From positions 416,001-480,000 of the forward strand of contig CBDBOV010000003.1 in assembly GCA_965208575.1 (NCBI GenBank): a stretch of DNA of 64,000 nt. The letters are read 5' to 3'. The translations under genes and the position numbers were made by a program. The stretch is from Spirochaetia bacterium (GTDB taxonomy: Bacteria; Spirochaetota; Spirochaetia; SZUA-6; Bin103). Of this stretch, positions 9,979 to 19,323 are shown in pieces (positions within the stretch are counted from its first letter, which is position 1; each line of letters opens with the position of its first letter). The notes under the pieces were generated by a model. It was not told the DNA's origin. It did no database searches and saw only the letters and a list, made by a program, of their open reading frames with translations.

Positions 9979-10625
9979 CCGATCGAACCGACAGTGCAGA
10001 GGCGCGCGAGGCGCCGGGCGGCGGCAGTGCCGACCGGCAGCATGCCGAGCGCATGCGCCGGCTGCAGGCCGAGCAGCGCGCCAAGGTGGCGCGTGCCGTG
10101 AATCCGGAGCGCGGGCTGGTGCTGGTGCATACCGGCAACGGCAAGGGCAAGTCGAGCGCCGCCTTCGGCGTGGCCGCGCGCGCCCTTGGCTGGGGACAGC
10201 GCGTCGCAATCGTGCAGTTCATCAAGGGCAAGTGGCAGACTGGCGAGCGGCGCTTCTTCAGCCGCTTCCCGGAGCAGGTGGAGTGGCGCACCACCGGCCA
10301 GGGCTTCACCTGGGACACCCAGAACCGCGCACTCGACATCGCCACCGCCCGCGCCGGGCTCGACAGCGCGCGCGAGTTGATCGGCGGCGGGCAATTCGAC
10401 CTGGTGGTGCTCGACGAGATCAACGTGGTGTCGAGCTACGAATACCTGCCGGCCGCCGCGATCGTCGACTGCCTGGAAGCGCGCGCCGACCGCACCCACG
10501 TCGTGCTGACCGGCCGCGGCGCCGCCCGCGAGCTGATCGAGTACGCCGACCTGGTCAGCGAAGTGGTAGAGATCAAGCACCCCTTCAAGGCCGGCATCAA
10601 AGCCCAACGCGGCATCGACTTCTGA
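9975..10625 (+). CDS. cobO: Cob(I)alamin adenosyltransferase (CobO/BtuR)
   Basis: TGNGKGKSSAAFG, QFIKG, LDEIN, VLTGR, KHPF..GIKAQRGIDF; ATG 9975 overlaps cobU stop. Confidence 0.95.
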   Translation: MTDRTDSAEAREAPGGGSADRQHAERMRRLQAEQRAKVARAVNPERGLVLVHTGNGKGKSSAAFGVAARALGWGQRVAIVQFIKGKWQTGERRFFSRFPEQVEWRTTGQGFTWDTQNRALDIATARAGLDSARELIGGGQFDLVVLDEINVVSSYEYLPAAAIVDCLEARADRTHVVLTGRGAARELIEYADLVSEVVEIKHPFKAGIKAQRGIDF

Positions 10626-10787
10626 ACCGCCCCGCCGTCACGCGGCTCAGTCCGTGAGGCCGCCCGAGGGCGAATGATCCGGCGTTCGATGCGACTCAGG
10701 GATCACTCGTTCCGTGCGAGTCCAGGGCACCGGTGCTATTCCACGACCGTACTTGGCCCCGAAGTGACGGACGCGTGCTCGCTGTCA

Positions 10788-12077
10788 CTATCCTGTAGAC
10801 AGCGAGGCACAGGCTTGCCGAATCCGGTGCTGGTTCTCTATCTGGTGCTCGATTACCAGGGGCGACACCCGGAACGAACCGGCGATCTCGTAGTCGTCGC
10901 ACCCGCTGTTCGCCATGTCGAGGACGCTCTGCACCGGCGCCAGGAACTCGGCCGCAAAGGCGCGGCCAGCGGCTTGTCTTTCCGCATCGCGCAGTTCGTT
11001 GACGACAGATCGAGTTGTATCCGGAAAACAGACGGCATCTCCGATTGCCCGTGCGAACGCGAAATTCTGTGACTGTAGTGTCCACTGTTGCGCCTCATGA
11101 TCCCGCAAGTGGATATGGATGTCCCTGTTGTTTCGAGCGACGAGGGCCAGGACTCCGGGTACAGCAGGCGTGGCCACGAAGGTTTCGGCCCCGAGCTTCC
11201 TCGCGATAGCTTCCGTCGATGTCAGTCGTTCGCTCGGGCCCGCCGTGATCTCGGCCCGAAGCGCTTGTGCGGCGCGGTAACCGGCGGCCCAGCTTCGCTC
11301 CCGCGAACTCCAACCCACCGAGTGCCTGATCCGCTCGACGACGTCCGCCAGGTCCGGCAATCGCGACTCACTGGACGGCCGTTCCTCCGTTTGGCGTACC
11401 CATTCCAGGAGCCGTTGTGCGCGGGCTCGACTCTGCTTGCTGATACCCGCGAGAAGCTCGACAAGCGATTCTTCGGCGAACAGGTCGCCTGCATCTTCGA
11501 TGAGCTGCGCATCGGAGTCCGAAATCAAGTAGGGGTCGATGCCCAACGCCCCGGCAGCTTCGCAGAACGCGCATTCATCCGGGTCACGGAGCGATCCGGC
11601 AACGCGTGACCACCGAGCAGCCACCTCGGAGTTGGAAACGCTACGGCAGGACAGTCGATCCGCAACCCGTTCGATGAACTCTGCCAACGTGGACTCGGCG
11701 GCGTCCCGCAGGAGCAGTTCCGCGCCGGTCTGCCAGAAGCGCACACTCGGGTTATCGGATGATAGCTGCGAACCGGTGACTTCCAGGGTCGAGCCGAAGC
11801 ACTTGAAGCCCAGATTCGGCAGGGCGAACCCGGTACGATGGTGCAGTATCGAGTGTTCGCGGTCGCGACCGCCAAAGATCGACCACCAGTCGGTGGCCAA
11901 TCCCTCGGCCAAGTGGACTGCGGGCACAGTGATGTGCTCGAACGTCGTCTTGGAGTCAGGATCGAAATGGAGGCACGCATTCTCGTCATTCACGAAGATC
12001 TGGAGATTGCAGAGCGTGGCCCGCTCCTCCGCCGAGGCGTTCGGGCCGTCGCCGATCCACTCAGTAAAAAATCGCAC
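10788..12077 (-). CDS. Hypothetical protein with C-terminal IrrE/ImmA-like domain lacking HExxH
   Basis: NFAFARAIGD...ERQAAGRAFAAEFLAP...IAGSFRVS matches the IrrE/ImmA layout; probable GTG start 12077. Confidence 0.65.
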   Translation of the reverse strand: MRFFTEWIGDGPNASAEERATLCNLQIFVNDENACLHFDPDSKTTFEHITVPAVHLAEGLATDWWSIFGGRDREHSILHHRTGFALPNLGFKCFGSTLEVTGSQLSSDNPSVRFWQTGAELLLRDAAESTLAEFIERVADRLSCRSVSNSEVAARWSRVAGSLRDPDECAFCEAAGALGIDPYLISDSDAQLIEDAGDLFAEESLVELLAGISKQSRARAQRLLEWVRQTEERPSSESRLPDLADVVERIRHSVGWSSRERSWAAGYRAAQALRAEITAGPSERLTSTEAIARKLGAETFVATPAVPGVLALVARNNRDIHIHLRDHEAQQWTLQSQNFAFARAIGDAVCFPDTTRSVVNELRDAERQAAGRAFAAEFLAPVQSVLDMANSGCDDYEIAGSFRVSPLVIEHQIENQHRIRQACASLSTG

Positions 12078-12474
12078 GCCGCTCGTCCTCCTCGATAGGC
12101 CAGCCTTTGTACTCACCCGATTTGGTATTGACGCACAGGGCAAACCAGACTTGACCGCGTTCGTGGCACCACACCTTCTTTGGAAAGTCCTGATCGGACT
12201 CTACAAACCGGTACTGGCCCGCTCGAATCGCACTCCGGAGCCAGTGCGTGGCGCGGTCACGGTCCTCGGGTGAGGACAGTGGGCAGACCGTCGTGGTTTG
12301 TTTGCCGTGGCGGCCAACTCGGCCACCGCGAAGTTGTCGAGCCGCCGGCAAGCCGCCCCACCAGCGCTTGTCCTTGTGCTCGGGGCTTCCTACGTACCGG
12401 GAACGACTCGCCAGCGCTCGGCGCTGGCCGTCAGAGAGCGCAGGACGCTCCGGTACGCGTCGCGGACGTCTCAC
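12061..12474 (-). CDS. Small basic hypothetical protein, possible nuclease toxin
   Basis: 137-aa ORF with GAGGAG SD and TATTAT -10; YVGSPEHK, CP, FPKKVW, GEYKGWP; overlaps next gene. Confidence 0.65.
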   Translation of the reverse strand: MRRPRRVPERPALSDGQRRALASRSRYVGSPEHKDKRWWGGLPAARQLRGGRVGRHGKQTTTVCPLSSPEDRDRATHWLRSAIRAGQYRFVESDQDFPKKVWCHERGQVWFALCVNTKSGEYKGWPIEEDERRAIFY

Positions 12475-12578
12475 GTGATTACTCTCCTCAGCAGGAATAA
12501 TAGCAACTAAACCGTCCTCCGTACCCCGGTATCGAACGGCTCAACTCCGATTGGTGGTGGGCAAGGCTGCGCCAGGGA

Positions 12579-13037
12579 CTACTTGGTCCCATAGGGAGCA
12601 AGGAATCGGCCGCCATTGAAGTGGATCAGATGTGACGGTTCGTCCGCTACCCACACCGTGGTGTGCCATGCGATATCTCTGAGGTGCCGGGCAATCGCGG
12701 CGCGGCTGGGGAACGCCGTCACGTAGACGATGCCGGCCTGGGCTTCGGAGAACAGCTCGGTCAACTCGGCGTATCGATTGTTGTCGATCGGACCGTGGCT
12801 GGTTGCCGCCTCGACCAGTACCAGCCATCCTCGCTCCGCATGGTGGAGCACGACATCCGGCATCTTTCCTTGCGGGTCGACCGGCACATTCAGTGCGGCG
12901 AGATGGTCGCGGTCGAAGCTTGTCCCCTTGTTGGCGGTGTCTCCGACGTAGATAAGCGTGCTGCCAGGGACGAATCGAGATGCGAAGTCTTCGGTAATGG
13001 CGCCGATAAGATCGCTGGGATCTCCGGGGCTGGTCAC
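12579..13037 (-). CDS. Stand-alone BsuBI/PstI-family restriction endonuclease C-terminal domain (possibly a remnant)
   Basis: FASRFVPGSTLIYVGDT, GKMPDVV, WLVLVEAATSHGP, YVTAFP, HLIHFNG; GTG overlaps sulfatase stop. Confidence 0.8.
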   Translation of the reverse strand: MTSPGDPSDLIGAITEDFASRFVPGSTLIYVGDTANKGTSFDRDHLAALNVPVDPQGKMPDVVLHHAERGWLVLVEAATSHGPIDNNRYAELTELFSEAQAGIVYVTAFPSRAAIARHLRDIAWHTTVWVADEPSHLIHFNGGRFLAPYGTK

Positions 13038-14479
13038 TTGTTGCGCCACCAGGGGCTTGGGGGGGCGTGGTTGGACTGGAAGGCGGGGGAGCCGTCGTTC
13101 CAGGAGCGGCCGATGGGGCGCAACTGGCCGCCGCCGCTGACCGGCAGAGAGCGGCCGTCCTTGTCGGCCGACACCTGCTTGATGAACCAGTCTTCGAGCA
13201 GGCCGCGCAGTTCTTCGATGCGTGGCTGCTGGCCGGCGTCGTCGATGCGGTTGGTGCGTTCGTCGGGATCGTTCACCAGGTCGTACAGCTCGTTGGGGGC
13301 GGCCGGGAGCCTGGAGACCGGGTAGCGGTGCACGTACTTCCACTCGGCGGTGCGGATCATCCGGGTAGCGCCGTACTCGTCGTAGATCACCACGCGGTCG
13401 CGTGCCGGTGCGTCGCCGCCCTGCAGGAGGCCGGCGAAGGAGTGCCCGGGGCGGCCGCGGTGCAGGACCTTGGGGAAGTCGACGCCGGCATAGTCGAGCA
13501 GGGTGGGCATGAAGTCGACTGCGCTGCACATCCGGTCGGTGGCGCGCCCCTCGGGGATGCGGCCCGGGTGGCTGGCCAGGAACGGCACCTTGACCGAGTT
13601 CTCGTACATGTTGAGCGGTGAGGTGCCGTTGCCCTTGCCCCAGAAGCCGTGGTGGCCGCAACTGAACCCGTTGTCGCTGGTGAACACCACCAGCGTGTCG
13701 TCGCGGATGGCGTGCCGTTCCAGCCGGTCGAGGATGCGCCCCACGTCCAGGTCCATGGCGGTGACGGCGGCGAAGTAGCCCTTGAGCATTTCGCGGTTGC
13801 CCAGGCACTTCCGGGACAGCCAGTGGGCCCACGGGTGCATCTCCTCCTGCGGGCAGGAGTCGAACGGGCAGTCGTCGTAGCTGTCGACGATGTCTTGTGG
13901 ATGGCCGGTCCAGGGGCTGTGCGGCGCGGTGTAGTGCACGCTCAGGTAGAACGGCGCCGTTTCCCCGGCGTGGCGGTCGATGAAGTCCACGGCGTCGTCG
14001 GTGATCACGTTGGTGACGTAGCCGGGGGCGTTGAACAGCTCGCCGTCGCGGATCATCGGCGCATCGTGGTACTCGCCGCCGCCCTTCTCGTGCACGAACC
14101 AGTGGCTGAAGCCGTGCTGCGGCAGGGCGCTGTTGCCGAGGTGCCACTTGCCGCTGATGCCGCAGGTCCAGCCCGCCTTCGCCAGCAGGTCGGTGTAGGC
14201 GGTCTGGCCCTCCAGGTAGGTGGCTGCGTCGGGGCCGTGGTTGCCGCCGCGGATCCAGTCGTGCACGCCGTGGCGGGAGGGCATCTGCCCGGTGAGGAAC
14301 GACGCCCGGCTCGCCGAGCACACCGGCGAGGCGCAGAAGAAGTTGTCGAAGCGCAGGCCGCTGGCGGCGATGCGGTCGATGTTGGGCGTGCGCATCTCCC
14401 GGTTGCCGTAGCAGCCGGCGGCCCACGGCCCCTGGTCGTCGGTGAGGATGAAGACGATGTTGGGACGTGCGGATGGCAT
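13034..14479 (-). CDS. Sulfatase (Cys-type, S1)
   Basis: PNIVFILTDDQG, CSASRASFLTG, GKWHLG, SDNG, ELYDLVNDPDE. Confidence 0.92.
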   Translation of the reverse strand: MPSARPNIVFILTDDQGPWAAGCYGNREMRTPNIDRIAASGLRFDNFFCASPVCSASRASFLTGQMPSRHGVHDWIRGGNHGPDAATYLEGQTAYTDLLAKAGWTCGISGKWHLGNSALPQHGFSHWFVHEKGGGEYHDAPMIRDGELFNAPGYVTNVITDDAVDFIDRHAGETAPFYLSVHYTAPHSPWTGHPQDIVDSYDDCPFDSCPQEEMHPWAHWLSRKCLGNREMLKGYFAAVTAMDLDVGRILDRLERHAIRDDTLVVFTSDNGFSCGHHGFWGKGNGTSPLNMYENSVKVPFLASHPGRIPEGRATDRMCSAVDFMPTLLDYAGVDFPKVLHRGRPGHSFAGLLQGGDAPARDRVVIYDEYGATRMIRTAEWKYVHRYPVSRLPAAPNELYDLVNDPDERTNRIDDAGQQPRIEELRGLLEDWFIKQVSADKDGRSLPVSGGGQLRPIGRSWNDGSPAFQSNHAPPSPWWRNK

Positions 14480-14543
14480 GGTGCATCACCTTACCCTGCC
14501 GGGCTTGCCGACCCAAGCACCGGGCACGGTGATGCAGGCAGGC

Positions 14544-15908
14544 TCACAGATAGCGGAACAGCGGCGGGAACAGGACGGCCACCAGGGCTGCCCACACGCC
14601 GTACACCGGCAGGTAGGCGGTCTGCCAGCGCGTCACGGCGGCGAAGGAACCGGTGCCGGTCAGAAACCGGACGTGCAGCCACGCGGTCCCGGCGAGGTGG
14701 GCCAGCAGCAGCAGGTTCACGCCCAAGGCCGCGGCCTTGTTGGCGCTGAAGCCGAACTCGCCGATGCGCGCCGCCACCGCGGCCACAGCGGCGAGGTCGG
14801 CAACGAGAGCGGCCACGGCAAGCACCAGCCTGAGCATGTCGGACACGCCCCGCGGCGCCCCATGGTCGCGTGCGGAGATGGCGTACAGCAGCATGCCGAC
14901 CACCAGCACCAGCAGCAGGTCGAAGGCGATCAGCACCTCGCGGTCCACGGCGATGCCGGCACCGGTCCACACCATCGCAGCGAGGAACGCCACCAACAGG
15001 GCCGCGAACAGCGGCGTGAACACCTGCGCCAGCAGCGGCGCCAGTTGCCCGGCCACGCTGTTCTTGCCGTCTGCCAGCCAGCCCGCGGCGATCACCGCGC
15101 CCGCCGCTCCGCACGGCAGCAGCCACTGCTCCAGAAAGCCGTCGATGCCGACCCCGACCGACTCGAACAGAGCCGCCGCCAGCAGCGACAGCACGCCGCC
15201 GCCGAGGGCGAACAGGACGTAGTGGATGAACCACTCCCCGGAGAAGCGCATGAATTCCATGCGCCCGGAAGCGGTCCGCCAGCCGTCGCCGGCGTGCGCA
15301 AGCCCCATCACCAGCCACAGCGCAATCGGCAGGTGGGTCGCGGTGAGGATCTCGGTGGCGCCGCCGGGCAGGAACGGGAACACGTTGGCGAACACGGCGC
15401 CGGCGGCAAACAGCACCGCGATGGTCACGGCCCGCGCCTTCTTCGCCCGGCGCCGGCACAGGAGCAGGGCGGCCAGCAGGGGGAGTACGAGCAGGCCGAG
15501 GTTGCGCGCGTAGAAGCCGCCGGGAGCGGGGCCGAACTGCGCGCCGAACAGCGCCAGAGCCTTGACCGCCGCGGCGGCCGCCAGCGCAAGGGCGGCGGCG
15601 CGCACCAGGTCGCCGCGCAGAGGCAGTCGGCCGATGCTGGCGACGGGGCGGCCAACGAGCTGCCGCCACAGCCGTTCGGCGTGCGCCTGGTTGCACGCGC
15701 GTGCCGCGGCGCTGCGGCAGGCGGTGCGCTTGACCGCGATCAGGAGCGCCTCGTCCGAATCCAACCCCGCTGCTACCAGGCCGCTCACCTGTTCGCGCAG
15801 CGTGCGCTCCACGCGGTCCAGGTCGCCGTCGCCCAGGCCGTGGTCGCGCAGGCGCGCTCGCCACTCGGCAATCCGGTGGGTCGGAATGTCGCCGTCGGTC
15901 CTGCTCAT
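14544..15908 (-). CDS. Multi-pass membrane protein with N-terminal helical 'permease prefix'-like domain
   Basis: IAEWR...LVAAGLDSDEALLIAVKR followed by about 11 hydrophobic segments. Confidence 0.7.
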   Translation of the reverse strand: MSRTDGDIPTHRIAEWRARLRDHGLGDGDLDRVERTLREQVSGLVAAGLDSDEALLIAVKRTACRSAAARACNQAHAERLWRQLVGRPVASIGRLPLRGDLVRAAALALAAAAAVKALALFGAQFGPAPGGFYARNLGLLVLPLLAALLLCRRRAKKARAVTIAVLFAAGAVFANVFPFLPGGATEILTATHLPIALWLVMGLAHAGDGWRTASGRMEFMRFSGEWFIHYVLFALGGGVLSLLAAALFESVGVGIDGFLEQWLLPCGAAGAVIAAGWLADGKNSVAGQLAPLLAQVFTPLFAALLVAFLAAMVWTGAGIAVDREVLIAFDLLLVLVVGMLLYAISARDHGAPRGVSDMLRLVLAVAALVADLAAVAAVAARIGEFGFSANKAAALGVNLLLLAHLAGTAWLHVRFLTGTGSFAAVTRWQTAYLPVYGVWAALVAVLFPPLFRYL

Positions 15909-15953
15909 GGTGCATCCGGCGCCGCTGCCGGCACATCCCGGCGGGGCGCGGCG

Positions 15954-16003
15954 AACCTACGAAGGGGATTGCAACAATGTCAAGTACTTTGCAGAACAGA
16001 GTA
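15954..16003 (-). promoter_or_regulatory. Promoter plus adjacent inverted-repeat operator for the membrane-protein gene
   Basis: Minus-strand TTGACA-N18-TAGGTT; TACTTTG-N5-CAGAGTA (15985-16003) next to the -35. Confidence 0.45.
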
Positions 16004-16230
16004 GTGGGCCGACCACACCTTGCGGGACCGGTGCCGCCTGCGGGCGATCCGTGAGCGCCCCGCCGCAACGGTGCTCCGTCCCCCGCGTGCCGCCGTCCAT
16101 GCCGTCGTCCGCGGCAGATTGCCGGAGCGCGCCGGCGCCATGAGTTTGCGATGCAGCCGGCTTCGTGCGAGCATTCGGCGGCAGGTCACGGCATCGCGGT
16201 GTCCTGGATCGATCCGAGAAGAGGAGCGCA

Positions 16231-16551
16231 ATGATCTACGACATGAGGATTTATGATCTGCAGCCGGGCGCGGTGCCGCGCTACATGGATGCGGTTCGCG
16301 ACATCGCCCTGAAGATCCGGGAGGACCACGGCGTGAAGTTGGCCGGCTGGTATTACACCGACATCGGGCCGCTCAACCGGATCGTGCATATCTGGGCCTA
16401 CCGGGACTATGCCCACTATCAGGAGGCCCGCGATGCGGTGCGCAATGATCCGCGCTGGACAGGCGAGTACGTGCCGGCGGTGAGGGGCCTGGCGGTCCGG
16501 CAGCAGGACATGATGATGCAGGCCGCCGACTTCTTCGCCGGCCCGGAGTAG
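16231..16551 (+). CDS. NIPSNAP family protein
   Basis: MIYDMRIYDLQPG, IGPLNRIVHIWAY, DPRW; GAGGAG SD. Confidence 0.88.
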   Translation: MIYDMRIYDLQPGAVPRYMDAVRDIALKIREDHGVKLAGWYYTDIGPLNRIVHIWAYRDYAHYQEARDAVRNDPRWTGEYVPAVRGLAVRQQDMMMQAADFFAGPE

Positions 16552-16759
16552 GCAGCGGTCCCGGCTGCTATTCGTCCGCCGGCGGCTCGGGGACGGTGGC
16601 GCCGTGCGGATGCAGAGCGATGGCCACCGCACACTGCTGCATCTCACCGGCGGCCACGAGGTGCCGGCAGGCCGCTCGTTTCGCAGCTCCGTACGCGCCG
16701 ATCTGAGGCGGCGTCCTCCACCTCCACCATGGGCTGCGACGGTTCGGCGCCTGGAGCGG

Positions 16760-17713
16760 TCATCTCCCGGTGGCATCCTCGTTCCGTTGTTGCCCGGCGG
16801 CATCGTACAGGCGTACGGCAAGCGATTCGATCCGGTCGCGCCAGGCCAGCTTGCCGAGCCAGGCGGCGGGTGCGCCGGACATCCCCCACAGGGCGCCGGC
16901 AAGCTGGCCGGTAACGGCGGCCACGGTGTCGGCGTCATCGGCGAGATTGGCGGCCAGAATCAGCGCCTCCTCGACCGACCCGGATCGGCCCACGCACCAC
17001 AGCGCCGCCTCCAGCGTGTGCAGGACGTACCCCGACGATGAGATGGCGCCGCGCTCCTTGGCGCGCCACGATCCCGCCGCCACCTCGGCAATCGCCGCAT
17101 CGCCGCGCCAGTCCCGGGTACGCAACACGGTCTCCTTCGGCGCCCCGCCGATCGCCTCCGCCAGCAGCTCGGCGAACAGCGCGCACGCCTCGACCGCCTG
17201 CGGCGCGCCGTGCGTGGTACGGCTCTGCAAGCGTGCCGCCTCGACCGCCCGTGCCGGGTCGCGCCACCAGCGGATCGCCACCGGCGACAGGCGCATCAGC
17301 GAGCCGTTGCCGGCGCTGTGCGGATCGGTACTGCCGCTCAGCGGTTCGCCGGTGGCGCGGTAGGAGCTGAGCGCCGCGGCCGTGGCGCCCCCGATGTCGA
17401 AGCACTCGCCGGTGGCCGAGTTGTAGCCGTGCTCGCGCCACCGGCAGAAGCGCTCGATCAGGTCGCGCACGTCCAGCCCGCCCGCCGCGAGCAGCGAGTC
17501 GGCCAGGCACAGCGCCATGCTGGTGTCGTCGGTCCACTCGCCCGCTGCGAGGCCGAACGGCCCGCCTCCCACGATGTCGGCAACCTTCGGCTGCGTGTCC
17601 CGCAGCGCGAATTCCAGCGTGGTACCGAGCGCGTCCCCGAGTGCGAGCCCGATCAGCGCCCCCTTGGCGCGGTCCAGGACGTCCGCCGCCCCGCCATCGA
17701 CCGGCAATTGCAT
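16760..17713 (-). CDS. ADP-ribosylglycohydrolase (DraG/Tri1 family)
   Basis: GLALGDALG, WTDDT, AGNGSLMR, SRTTH, DDADT..A..GQLAGA. Confidence 0.92.
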   Translation of the reverse strand: MQLPVDGGAADVLDRAKGALIGLALGDALGTTLEFALRDTQPKVADIVGGGPFGLAAGEWTDDTSMALCLADSLLAAGGLDVRDLIERFCRWREHGYNSATGECFDIGGATAAALSSYRATGEPLSGSTDPHSAGNGSLMRLSPVAIRWWRDPARAVEAARLQSRTTHGAPQAVEACALFAELLAEAIGGAPKETVLRTRDWRGDAAIAEVAAGSWRAKERGAISSSGYVLHTLEAALWCVGRSGSVEEALILAANLADDADTVAAVTGQLAGALWGMSGAPAAWLGKLAWRDRIESLAVRLYDAAGQQRNEDATGR

Positions 17714-17856
17714 GGCGACACCGTAGCACAGCCCGCTCGTCGCGTTGACGCGGGGCGCACGCCGGCTTCCATTGCCGCCTGCCCTCCTGCCACCCTCCTG
17801 CCGCGGCTTGCTCGCCCCATTGCCCCGAATCGTGTACCGTAGATTACGGCTGCGGC

Positions 17857-18072
17857 ATGAGTACCCAGAAGTTCACTATCGAAATAGAACAGGAACAGGA
17901 CCAACGCTGGATAGCCGAAGTTGTTGAGTTGCCGGGCGTGATGACCTACGGCAACTCTCCAGACGATGCCAAGGCGAAGGTACAAGCGCTTGCTCTCCGA
18001 GTCCTGGCCGACCGTCTGGAGCACGGCGAGTCCGTTCCGGAGCTTCTCCACATCTCATTCGAAGCAGCGTGA
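17857..18072 (+). CDS. hicB: HicB-family antitoxin (short form)
   Basis: IEQEQDQRWIAEVVELPGVMTYG. Confidence 0.85.
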   Translation: MSTQKFTIEIEQEQDQRWIAEVVELPGVMTYGNSPDDAKAKVQALALRVLADRLEHGESVPELLHISFEAA

Positions 18073-18282
18073 AGCGGTGGTCGAGCACACGTGCGCTGGC
18101 GAGTTCTCGCGGCTCTGGTCAGCATCGGCTGGACCGTCAAGCGTCAATCAGGTTCCCATCGTACGCTCGCGAGATCCGGCTGGTCCAACTACGTATTCGC
18201 GTTTCATGACAAAGAGGAAATCGGGCCGAGAATGCTTGCGCGCATTGCACGTCGGACCGGACTGACACCCGAGGACCTATGA
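18069..18282 (+). pseudogene. hicA: HicA-family toxin with +1 frameshift near 18097 (real or sequencing error)
   Basis: GTG 18069 gives MKRWSSTRA; the rest, RVLAAL..IGW..KRQSGSH..EIGPRMLARI, is in the next frame. Confidence 0.75.
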
Positions 18283-18452
18283 ACGAACAGCCGGCGACCG
18301 TTCGCTATTCGCGGAAGGTAGTTCCAACAGGGGGTGACGCGCCGTGAAGAAGTTCGGCGACTCCTGATCGCCGCCACGCTCGGGATGCATCCGGACGGCC
18401 TCCCTCCTGTCCGATCTCGACACGGGGGCGGGGGCGGGGTAGGTTCACTCCC

Positions 18453-19289
18453 ATGTTGACGGCAGAGCAGGTCGAAGCCTATCGCGAGGACGGTTACCTC
18501 CGCGTCTCCAACATCTTCACGGCGGAGGAGTTGGAGGAGCTGGAACGGGAGATGGACTTCATCGTCGACGAGTGGTGGGGGGAGGACAGCATCGGCTGGA
18601 AGGGCCCGTGGCGTGACCACTACCTGCCCGCCGGCGAACAGGAGAACACGCGCGCCGTGTTCATCGGCAACTCGCAGTTCTACTCGGCGGCCTGGGGCCG
18701 GATCATCTTCCACCAGCGCCTTACCGAGTGCGTACGTGCCCTGGTGGGCCCCGCGGTGCAGTGGCACGGCACCATCCTGCACGCCAAGCCGCCCGAGCGC
18801 GGCACACCGTTTCCGATGCACCAGGACTACCCGTTCTATCCCCACGACGGGCCCGACTTCGTCGATTGCCTGCTGCACCTGGACGACGCGCCGGAGGCCA
18901 GCGGCTGCCTGCAGGTGGTTCCCGGCAGCCACAAGGAAGGCCCCCTGGAGCACATCACCGGCGACCACACGCGGCCCTACCTGCCGCCCGAGAAATACCA
19001 TCCCGACAAGACGCCGTCGCTGCCGGTGCCGGCCAAGGCCGGTGACGTGATCTTCTTCAGCTACCTGACCATCCACTGGTCCGACATGAACCGCTCGGGC
19101 GACTGGCGGCGCTCGGTGCGGATCGGCTACCACGACGCCGCCATGCGGCCGACCTTCGTGAAGCCGACCGATCCCTACAACAACTTCGTGGTGGCGGGGC
19201 TGAAGCGTCGCGGCAAGCAGCAGAGCCTGACCTACAAGGTGGTGGGCCAGGGCCAAGAGCGGCACTTGGGACAGCCGGCGCGCACCTGA
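18453..19289 (+). CDS. Phytanoyl-CoA dioxygenase (PhyH) family 2OG-Fe(II) oxygenase
   Basis: LTAEQVEAYREDGY, HQD, GCLQVVPGSH, AGDVIFF..H.S..N. Confidence 0.9.
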   Translation: MLTAEQVEAYREDGYLRVSNIFTAEELEELEREMDFIVDEWWGEDSIGWKGPWRDHYLPAGEQENTRAVFIGNSQFYSAAWGRIIFHQRLTECVRALVGPAVQWHGTILHAKPPERGTPFPMHQDYPFYPHDGPDFVDCLLHLDDAPEASGCLQVVPGSHKEGPLEHITGDHTRPYLPPEKYHPDKTPSLPVPAKAGDVIFFSYLTIHWSDMNRSGDWRRSVRIGYHDAAMRPTFVKPTDPYNNFVVAGLKRRGKQQSLTYKVVGQGQERHLGQPART

Positions 19290-19323
19290 GCCCCGGCGCA
19301 TCTGCCGCTTGTCCCCGCCGCGC

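Noticed and set aside
10696-10790. GQVRSWN resembling the sulfatase tail GQLRPIGRSWN
   Set aside because: Similarity too weak to count as another displaced tail
13038-14516. 645-aa ORF suggesting a long nuclease fusion
   Set aside because: Upstream part is an alternate frame of the sulfatase; only 12579-13037 is protein-like
16600-16710. Possible LytTR C-terminal fragment (LHLTGGHEVPAGRSF)
   Set aside because: Too short to support without a profile search
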